Assembly (NCBI GenBank): GCA_010093745.1
Contig: MU006003.1
Coordinates: 111,351 to 131,350, forward strand
DNA length: 20,000 nt
Direction of reading: 5' to 3'
From: Piedraia hortae CBS 480.64
Lineage: Eukaryota
This document shows positions 12,001 through 19,647 of the stretch, piece by piece. A program made the position numbers and the translations under genes. The notes under the pieces are model-generated. The model worked only from the letters and a program-made list of their open reading frames with translations, was not told the DNA's origin and ran no database searches. The first letter of the stretch is position 1. Each line of letters begins with the position of its first letter.

Positions 12001-12272
12001 GCATTGCAACGGCCGCGCGGCGTCGGCAATTGAACAGGGGAGCCGGGCGGCGTTGGTGAGGATCGTTCGACCAGCACGTCAGATGATTGAGGGTCCAAAT
12101 GCCAGGAATGCGTTGGCTGCGTGGTCAAAGGCTGCGTCTGCGTCTTGAGCATGTTGTGCGAGGCCAGGGGAAGCGTTGGCTGCGTCTCGAAACCATCGTC
12201 GATAGCGTCACTTCTGTAGGTATGTCCGGCCACTTTCACCCGCTTGCGCGCATCGCAGCCGTCAGATGTCAT
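9021..12272 (-). CDS. FUN30: SNF2-family chromatin-remodelling ATPase, Fun30/SMARCAD1/Fft subfamily, ~1083 aa, no intron required
   Basis: LKDYQLVGLNWL, Walker A ILADDMGLGKT, VYDEAHQL, LLTGTPLQNNL, VLVFSQFT, LLSTKAGGAGINL, QAENRAHRVGQ. Upstream is a CUE-like segment (KVKSMLDVFPTKTIDACYNALARHAGNYEQALRNL) and a disordered N-terminus. First in-frame ATG is at 12272; the track start at 12407 is a TTG. Confidence 0.9.
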   Translation of the reverse strand: MTSDGCDARKRVKVAGHTYRSDAIDDGFETQPTLPLASHNMLKTQTQPLTTQPTHSWHLDPQSSDVLVERSSPTPPGSPVQLPTPRGRCNAGSLLARSLGPPGTTFHPPTKRPAPDSDSEDMPVHHSSDDGETQGDIQPTNFTRGGRAFGLANIPESPATLSDGRTFFKSLLDTFSFQGDNQAASATPSRGRRAAQQWASSPVRYTSIQDVPDASVRGKVKSMLDVFPTKTIDACYNALARHAGNYEQALRNLRDASPSSDTDELASATPPARRGLLMSKQQPRTVVKQQVKVPSKTIAEKYGVNQKPLPSTSIEVLDYGVAFANKKRRRLTRMRPNTVSSSPLGQASPKSRGSNVEEEFDSGIVQDQSEADEAVVTAVELRLLKFLNECTIGDLVDLSAQPERDIRFLLDSRPFSTLDAVREVKYVGETKSGKKSKARPLGDKVVDICLDTWKGYNAVDELVAECEKLAKPIQSALKGWGIGDSDGRGELHMMKLDETQDSGIGTPLSSCRSSPGLLQRKSRFLQQPSNMGEVELKDYQLVGLNWLNLLWSQKLSCILADDMGLGKTCQVIAFLAHLQQQKVDGVHLVIVPGSTLENWLREFARFAPSLNVVPYYGSQSQRYQQQEQIDQEFDSIDVVVTTYDMSVKPIDNKFLRKLEPAVCVYDEAHQLRNPTSNRYEQLTRIKSDFRILLTGTPLQNNLQELVSILAFIMPDMFKDKRDDLNMIFKHKASTKESNHAALLSAERIDRARMMMTPFILRRKKLQVLDLPTKHSRIEWCQMTNVQAECYNGSLNEARRLVTEGKKHKGGRDGSSNLLMALRMAALHPLLARRLYDDKIIDKIVKLLAQSEEYGGNSPEKIRAYLTDESNTGVSLKGGDYALHRFCADPHRPFLHKYALKNEEWMDSGKVQKFKELVGGYAANGDRVLVFSQFTTLMDILEAVLETLQIKFMRLDGSTPMDTRQDMIDQFTRDESISVFLLSTKAGGAGINLACANKVIIFDSGFNPQDDVQAENRAHRVGQTREVEVVRMVTKGTIEEQIHALGASKLALDERVAGEGEDGPQAEKNGEDAVKKMLFESLEM

Positions 12273-12899
12273 GCTGACAAGAGCGAGAGACTGACTGCGA
12301 GAGGTGAGTGTTTGCGCAAGCGGCGTGGCATGCGTCGGAGAATTGATGCGCGACAACGGTGTCAATGAAGGGCGCCCCACTTTTGACGGACCAACTGCAG
12401 CCGTCAAGCGCGCTAACTACACCCAAACAGTTAATTCCGTGAATAACCGCAACCCCTTTGGTCAGCAAGCTAACTCCAAGCGTTCGGCTTGATTGCTAAC
12501 ATGGCGTAGTCGTCTCGAAAGTTGAAATATTACTTCTACCATAGAACTACATATAAACTCTCCGGCAGCGGCGGAGCGGCTTGCGGAGAGGATGACGAGC
12601 CGGCGCCCCATGGAGGCAAATGACCAAGGCGGAACAAACGGGCGTCAGCGGTTGAGACCACCTAGACGGTGGGAACTATAGAAGTCGGAACCCGACCGCT
12701 CCCTCACTCACCCCCTCCTCCCCCACCTTTCCTACCGTATCAGTCGCCAAGCTGGGTGGAGAGAGACCCAGGTCGTGTATAGCGTCGAGGGTACTCGCAC
12801 TGTGCGGATAAATTCTGATTCTTGGTTAAACACTTGTAGGTGGACCGCATGCCCTTCGGGGCAGAGATGTGATACATTCTAGATCCTTCGGCATAAGAG

Positions 12900-12920
12900 T
12901 AATAATAATATTTAATAATA
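12900..12920. promoter_or_regulatory. 21-bp pure A/T tract in the FUN30/VMA21 divergent promoter (likely nucleosome-depleted element)
   Basis: taataataatatttaataata within GC-richer flanks, about 85 nt upstream of the VMA21 ATG. Confidence 0.4.
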
Positions 12921-13005
12921 CATGTAAACTTCGGCGCCAGTGGAAAAGTGGGGCGGCGGGGTAAGTCAGGTTGCTGCAGGGCCGCTGACCTGAGAAAAGC
13001 GTCCA

Positions 13006-13407
13006 ATGGCCACTCCCAGACAGCGCCATGTCCATCGAGGACCTTCGTCGCCTTCCACGTCAGCCCCTAGTGATGAGAAATCTAACATTTCTCCCGCAGT
13101 ACCTAGGTCCGTAAGACGTTCCGGTTGGTGGGTGTGCTGACGGTTGTTGCCAGCCCGGTAATTTACAAGCTGCTGGGGTTCAGCCTAGCGATGGTCACAC
13201 TTCCAATCGCCTCATATTTTCTCACAGTGAATTCCCTTTTTCAGGGTACCATTGCCCATCCGCGATGATGCGCATTGCTGACGCAAAGCAGGCAACTCCA
13301 CTTGGGCAGGGGCCTTGGCAGCCGTCATGGCCAACGTCGTCCTCGTTGCCTACATAGTTGTCGCCTTTCGAGAGAATGCTGCCGAAGCAATCGAGAAGTC
13401 GCGGTAG
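13006..13407 (+). CDS. VMA21: V-ATPase assembly integral membrane protein Vma21, 102 aa, 3 exons (13006-13106, 13154-13245, 13292-13407)
   Basis: Spliced product MATPRQRHVHRGPSSPSTSAPSDEKSNISPAVPSPVIYKLLGFSLAMVTLPIASYFLTVNSLFQGNSTWAGALAAVMANVVLVAYIVVAFRENAAEAIEKSR, with two TM helices and Vma21-type PAVP..VI.KLL.F and AGALAA..ANVVL..YI motifs. Introns of 47 nt (GTCCGT..GCTGAC..CAG) and 46 nt (GTACCA..GCTGAC..CAG). Not in the ORF track. Confidence 0.93.
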
Positions 13408-13530
13408 GAGGTTTATAAAAGTATCAATGATATTACCCTTCCTGACCTACACTGCAGACGAGTTGGCCGGGTGCCCATGACGCCGACAGAAAACAACATT
13501 GACACGGTACTCTCCCTCTGTATTAATCAT

Positions 13531-14625
13531 CTAATCCTTCTTGCTGAAACGTCGCTTCAGCCATCCCTTCTTCTTCTCTGGCTCGGGCCGCGCTGCAGAC
13601 GGCAACTGCCCCGGCGGGGGACCCGAATTGCCCAGAGCGATGGGACGGCGCGCTGGCTGTGGCAATGCACCGTAGCCGTCTTCATCAATGGTCGGCTGCC
13701 GACCGTATCCGTTCTGTCCGTTATGTCCCAGATACTTGCCATTGGCGTTGTTTTCGATGGAGCTGTTTTCGCTGCTAGGCTCCGTGCTGTTGGTCCACGG
13801 GCCGGTGCCGGTACTGTCCGAACCCGCCGTGTGCATCGTGTCTTGGGACAGGTGGTACCCGTGGACCTGCCCATACGGCCGGCCGGATGGAGATTGACCG
13901 TCGGTCGGTAGTCTCTGTCCATAACGTGCCCGAGGCGTGCCGACCTGACCGTTGCCGGCGTAGTACCCGCCGCCAGCACTCATGTACGACGATCGGCCAT
14001 GATCGTAGCCTGGCCGTTTAGCCATCCTCCTGGGACTCCATGCTACCGACTCACCGGCGTAGTAGCTGTTTCTTTTGCTGGCCATGGCGCTATTATCCGT
14101 GTACGAGTCTATCTGCGTCAGTGCATGAAACGACAAGGAAGTTGCCAAACGTACCTGACCGCGGAATATGCGCAGACCGTCGCTTGTAGCCGGCATCGAT
14201 GGCGCGCTCAAACGAACGTATCGTCTCCAACGGCCTTTCAAGTCGCGGCCTGGTAGGATTTGACAGATCAGGATCAGCTGCGCTTCAGGTTAATCAGAGA
14301 AATGTGCGACAGGCACGGCGGTACGAACTGATGGGATTTCCGTTACTGTCCTTGTGCTGATGAGCGCGAAGAGACTCGAGCGTGACCTGCTCTGTGAGGT
14401 TCACCACTGGAATAGTCAGCTTCTGTCCCGTACGACAGCGACAGATGACACACCGACAGGCTGGGCCTCGGACAGGGCCGCATTGGGGTTTGCCTTGTTG
14501 GTGTTCTTCAATAGGCTGTCCCGGTGACCGCCGCCATGGGCCAGTTCGTGCTCACTGTGGTCGCCAGCCCCCATGCTCCTGTTGCTGTGCGAGGTGAGAC
14601 CACGGGCTCGGGGTTCGCCATCCAT
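13531..14625 (-). CDS. DUF2406-family uncharacterised fungal protein, ~301 aa, 5 exons (14625-14454, 14406-14329, 14277-14155, 14108-14055, 14009-13531)
   Basis: Spliced core KANPNAALSEAQP...TLESLRAHQHKDSNGNPITDPDLSNPTRPRLERPLETIRSFERAID matches DUF2406 as I recall it; C-terminus EKKKGWLKRRFSKKD. Four phase-1 GT-AG introns of 47, 51, 46 and 45 nt keep the frame. Confidence 0.88.
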
Positions 14626-14666
14626 GCTGCTACGAGAAACGCGACGGCGGCGGTGGCGGTGCCGGC

Positions 14667-14748
14667 GGCAGAGGCAGAGGTAGAGGCAGAGGCAGAGGTA
14701 GAGGCAGAGGCAGAGGCAGAGGCAGAGGCAGAGGCAGTGGCAGTGGCA
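14667..14748. repeat. Hexanucleotide microsatellite (GAGGCA)n, 11 GAGGYA units plus 2 GTGGCA units
   Basis: Directly visible; lies about 40-125 nt upstream of the DUF2406 ATG and reads (TGCCTC)n on the sense strand. Confidence 0.95.
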
Positions 14749-15395
14749 GGGACGGTGGCGGTGGCTGGCAGCGCAGTAGGCGGTGACAGGCGTCCAAGTG
14801 ACCGAAGAGAGTGCGGAACAATGGGTCGGGATAGGAGAGCGGGTAAGATGGTGATGACCTGTACACAGTTCTTACAGCAAAAGGAGTCTGAAGAGATTGA
14901 TGTTGGGATGCTGCCAACGGCTGGCTCGTGCGCACGCCTGGCAAAAGACGTGGTGGCGTTTGGCGGAGCTCAACGGATGCGGCGACAAGCCAGGTTACGC
15001 GGGCCCCGCCGGCACTCGGAAGCCCCCACTACGCGTCCCTTACAGTCAATCCTGACACGCCCCAAGATCCGTCACCCAGTTCTACGACGTGCGACGAACG
15101 CGTCACTCCAGCCATCTCCGCACGCCACTCCCCACTTCATTCGGCCAGCTTTCGGGACGCACTGTGCTGCTGCCTCATACGACGCCGCCCGCCACTCGGC
15201 CCACACCACGCTCGAGCCAAACTCTTGACTGACGATCTGCTGCCATTTTCTTATCGTAGGAACCACTTTGCAAAATTCCCTTGTACAAACTGTAAATATG
15301 TCGCATCAGCCCAATTTCTACAGGTGAGGAACAAGCCCATACACATAATATCGAACCTGGATCCAGCCATTAAAGAGTCCCCCTTTAACTCAAAC

Positions 15396-16645
15396 ATGGA
15401 CTTTCGAGACAGTATAAACTACGCGTAGGTCGTGAACCTAGCCATCCTCAAGGACGTGTTCCGCACACAGATAGATCAGGTGATTAAGCTCTTTGAGAAG
15501 CGATGTCTACCACAGGCGGAGCAGACGTTATCGCCTCGCAGCACGCATTCTAATTGAAAACCCGGGCGAAGTGTTTGCCTGGTCGGCAATTCGGGAGCAT
15601 CCTTCTCTCTTCGCCGGCTTAACGCTTTCCTACTGTCCTTTCATGCGGTATTGACCCGTCCTGAACCACTTTAAGCCTCCAGTATTTTATAAGACTCAGG
15701 CTGCCAATGATCATCGCCAAGCTATCGAATGGATGCTTCAAGCTGCGCTGCCGCGGAAATACGGCGGCATTAAGGAGAACAACTAAATGAACAGTCTGCT
15801 CGGCAGCATGAGTAAAGTGCTGGAAAAATTTTACACTTCCCGATTAGAGTGAGGTGTGAGTGCCATGGCAGGCAAAAGGGTGGACGGCTTCTTCGAACTT
15901 ATCCAGGAAGAGCGCAAAGAAATCGGATAGTATCAAAAGCCAGAAATCGAAAAGCCTCGCGAAGCCACTTGGTAGGTCGGTATCCAAATACGCAAAGTCA
16001 TCCACGCGAAAAATAATATAGCACTATGCGTAATGATGACTCAACAGAATGTGATACAGCCCGATTCAAAACACCGAGGTTTATGGACACTAGGACTTGT
16101 CAGGATCTCAGTCCCAGAACCAGTCACGTGGCATCGGCACGGCCCGCTCGGCGCGGCTCGTAAGATTCTACAACATTCAGACAGTTGCCCTTTTGCTCTT
16201 CACGCGTTGTTCTAGTCTTTTAGACAGTATAGCGCAGCGCACACCGCATAGCCCCGTCTCTTGTGCCCTCCGGCCTCTCGGGCCTGACAAGACTCTTCGT
16301 GTTTTGCCTTCTAACCTGGCTGCAGAAAGACCAACAAAATCCTCCTTTAAGGACTCACCTATTTGCAATGTCTCCAGTAATCTTTTACGGGAATGGCCGC
16401 GAGTTGTTGGCTAAAGGCTCAATCTACAGCGTCCGCCGGACCTATCAGCACTTATCCTCGTGTTCTACATACATGCCGCTCCATTGCCGATTGACGAGCA
16501 AGCCAACAAGTTCTGCCACGCGGCTATGAAGGAATACATCGATTTGTACGTCCAATATCCAAATTCTGCCTCGGAATTGATCAATAGAATCGGCCGGCCA
16601 AAGTGGCTGCTTCCAGGATGTACAGAATGCTCAAAACATGCTTGA
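15396..16645 (+). pseudogene. Possible decayed ORF or mobile-element relic of unknown family
   Basis: Protein-like translations broken by stops and frameshifts: MDFRDSINYA*VVNLAILKDVFRTQIDQVIKLFEK / RRYRLAARILIENPGEVFAWSAIREHPSLFAGL...DHRQAIEWMLQAALPRKYGG...VDGFFELIQEERKEIG* / IDEQANKFCHAAMKEYIDLYVQYP. No recognisable motif. Confidence 0.3.
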
Positions 16646-17441
16646 TGGCGTCATGCTGCTTACTGTAACTAACAAGGAAGGGATGACGAGGAGGAGGGAG
16701 GGGATCGTGTAATGCCTGGTTCGACCGGGTTCAGGTTGAATGGGCTGTATACATCCCCAGCAATGCGCCTTTGTCAAATATATCGAGAACACCGAGGATG
16801 GTAATGGCCTTTGATGTCATCTCTGAAGTTTCACTACCAATATCTAGAATCCTAGTCAGAACAACGACGTGGCGTGCAAACAGCTTTTTCCGTACATCTA
16901 AAACAGTCATTGAGGGCCATTGTCGAAATGTCCCAACAGGGATGAGAAAAGTGAAACATGTATCGCGCGGCTATCTGTTATGTACTATATCACAGATGGC
17001 TGAGTAGTTCTGTTGAACTGTGATTCACATGAAACTGGTCCACAAAACAATGAACAACCCTCAATGACAGGTATGCATGTCGCCCAGCACTCTTCGCCTA
17101 CCTTCTCTCGCTTTTTCTGGTACGATTGGAGAGCACTCGGCGAGGCTATAAGGGCTCTAATCGTATCGACTGAACTGCACTAGCGGAAAGCGCTAATCAC
17201 CTTCCGCGCGCCCTTTTCGCCAATGATTACAGACTGTCAGGACTCTGGGCCTACGTCATGCGGAAGGGCCCGGTCCGCCCACGGCCCGAGCTTAGTGGCC
17301 CCACCCTGCGGCTCTGACTTTTCTCTTCTCTTCCTCATGCGCAGAGACTTGTATGCATACTGGTACAAATCATTTCACAAATATAACACAGACTCCGATA
17401 TTACAATGTAATCCACAAGAAATTACTTCAAGTGCCGACTA

Positions 17442-19219
17442 CTACCAAGCATTAATGTCAAAGTATTCCTCACTGAAATGCGTAGCAACCACGGTGCGAT
17501 CGGAGAATTTTCGCCCCGCTAATGCAGCAAGGGCTTTTTGTGCCGCTTCCGGATGCTCGTACTTGATGTAGATCTTGCCAATACCGTTGCCTTGGCGATT
17601 TCCTGACGTGGGACGTGGCATTTTTACATCCACCACTTCGCCATACTTGGCGCACTCTTCCCTGACGTCTTCTAGAATTTCTGCAACCGTCAGCGCATGC
17701 TATACAAACAATTTCGTCTGCTTACCATCGGCCTCGTCGGCGTCCATCAACTCTTCGGGCGTGATCATGTTCATCAAGCAGAGTACGCGACCGACTAATT
17801 GATCGTCATTGGACGAGCTGGCCATCACGCTCATCGCGTTAACGCTCACTTCACCGCCAACCTGCTGTATACCGATGCTGGCTCGTTTTACGCTGATTTT
17901 ACGGTCGGTGAGCTCCAGCCCGTTCAATGCTTCGATGGCCATGTCAGTGCAGTTCTTGGCATCGGAATATTCACAGAACGCTATGCCTCGACTGTTGCCG
18001 TTCATGTCTTGAACAAGCACAAAGTTCTTGAGTTCGCCAAACGACGTGAGCAGCTCCCGAACTTGTTCATGTTGAATGAATTCTGGAATATTGGTGATTA
18101 CCATCTTGTATTGCGTGTCGGGGACCATGTCACTCAGCGAGCCCGTGTCATTCTCGCTTTCATCGGTGACAGTGGGCATGATGTAGTCTTTGGGTCGCCT
18201 GATTTGCATGCCGTGAGCACCATTAAGTCGTGGGTCTTGGGTGCCTTTAGTTTCCATGATTGTGGGATTCAGAGCAACAATGTTTGTGGCGTCTTCGGCA
18301 CTCCTGAATTCGAGCAAGGCGTACGAGTGGTCTTCGCTGACTTGCACAGAGATGCAGGGATCGTTTTGTTTTGTTACGTTCAGACCGTTTAGCAGCGAAT
18401 TGAAAAACTCCTGCAATTTCTCTGCCGTGGCGGACGCAGATATGTTGTAAACAAAAAGTCGTTTGGACTGCCGCGCCGTCGAGGGCTTCAAAGCACTCTT
18501 AGTGGCTTGGTTGCCAGGCTGGTTCATGAATGCCTGTAGTCTCGACGCGTCTACAGGCTGTTGACGGGGAGCACCTGGCAGAGGGAACATACCGGACAGC
18601 TTAGCTTGTTCGGCCGTCACGTTCTCATATCCAGGAGGTTTGATATCCCACTGCGTCATCCGACGTTTGCGCTCCAAGATAGACACCACCCCGTCCAGAT
18701 CAGGCGTTGGTTCTTTCGGCTTTCGCGGTGGCGACGCTTCTTTCTGTCGCGTTTGGCGCTCCAGCTGTCGCATATCATCACGATCTCGGCCGCGGTCGTC
18801 TGCTCCCTCATCACGTCGTCCGCGCCTTCGGTCCCGATCGCCGAAAAGATCACGATCCCGGCGTGTGTCACGGCGACGATCGTTGTCGTCTCGACGTGCA
18901 TCTCGGCGCGCTGACCTATCCCATTCGCGATCGCGCCGGCTTTCCCCATAACGATCTTCACGCTCCCGATCACGGTATCCACGTCCAGATGAATACGCGT
19001 CACCGGGATGCTCGCGGCGGTGCCTGGGAGGCGACCGTGACCGGCGGCGGTCTCTTCGGCGATCATCTCGTGAGGACTGCAATCGCGCGTTAGAAATTTT
19101 TGACTCCATCCGACCATTTCTTACGTGGAAGTCCCGCGAACGGCCGGCCTCTGTCGACTGTCAGCGTGTTCGCCATTGCGAAAAGATTAAGTACCTCTAC
19201 TATACGTGTCTCCACTCAT
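17442..19219 (-). CDS. U2AF2: Splicing factor U2AF large subunit (U2AF65/Prp2/Mud2), ~546 aa, 4 exons (19219-19195, 19150-19125, 19076-17726, 17680-17442)
   Basis: RS/RD-rich N-terminus, ULM RKRRMTQWDIKPPGYENVTAEQAK, two RRMs (RQSKRLFVYNI; SRGIAFCEY) and a UHM (VLCLMNMITPEEL...EILEDVREECAKYG...GIGKIYIKY...LAGRKFSDRTVV). Introns 19194-19151 (44 nt), 19124-19077 (48 nt) and 17725-17681 (45 nt), all with CTRAC branch points. Confidence 0.96.
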
Positions 19220-19426
19220 CAGGGCGAGCTTTAAGTGTGTAATGGACAACTTTCAGCGCGGTGTTGGCTTGTGAAGTCAGGTTCACGCGAGTCAGAGTCG
19301 TGTTGAATGAGTCAGCTAAACGCGGGGTGAGTTCCGTTCACCTGCCTAAGTATTCTGCTGGAATTCAATGTCATATTCCTCATCCCTGTCGGGGCTAAGC
19401 GGTGATTGGGCAGAAATGTGCGCTAG

Positions 19427-19562
19427 TCCAGATTGGTCACGACGTCAAGTTCCTGGCCACGTGACGTCCCCATTCGTCACCACGTCGGATTCCTGGTCAC
19501 GTCAAGTCACACGTCAGATTCTTGGTCACGTGCTGTCACCACTCCAGATTCTTGTTCACGTG
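19427..19562. repeat. Degenerate 29-30 bp tandem repeat array (3 full and 2 partial copies), consensus ~GTCACCACKYCAGATTCYTGGTCACGTG
   Basis: Full units start at 19476 (gtcaccacgtcggattcctggtcacgtc), 19506 (gtcac-acgtcagattcttggtcacgtg) and 19535 (gtcaccactccagattcttgttcacgtg); partial units at 19427 and 19442. Confidence 0.85.
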
Positions 19563-19620
19563 ATGGCACTCCAACCCGTGCAGCCATCGGCCGAACGCGC
19601 GATTGCCCTAGCATAATGAG

Positions 19621-19647
19621 CAAACATCGGCGGGCCTCCGATGTTTG
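19621..19647. repeat. Perfect 10-bp inverted repeat with 7-nt loop
   Basis: CAAACATCGG-cgggcct-CCGATGTTTG, followed by an A7 run. Confidence 0.8.

Noticed and set aside
14524..15228. 234-aa + ORF with poly(EA) and 104-aa - ORF with poly(LP)
   Set aside because: Artefacts of the stop-free hexamer microsatellite and GC-rich promoter; both have non-ATG starts.
16716..16736. GGTTCGAC B-box/T-loop-like word (also near 6661)
   Set aside because: No cloverleaf, acceptor stem or A-box could be built, so not a tRNA.
14750..17441. Telomerase RNA hypothesis for the ~2-kb gaps
   Set aside because: Size would fit a filamentous-fungal TER, but I found no TAACCCTAA-type template on either strand here or in 7304-9020. 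An unusual telomere repeat cannot be excluded.
19427..19562. CRISPR-like interpretation of the ~30-bp repeats
   Set aside because: Repeats are nearly contiguous and degenerate with no unique spacers, there are no cas genes, and the context is an intron-containing fungal locus.
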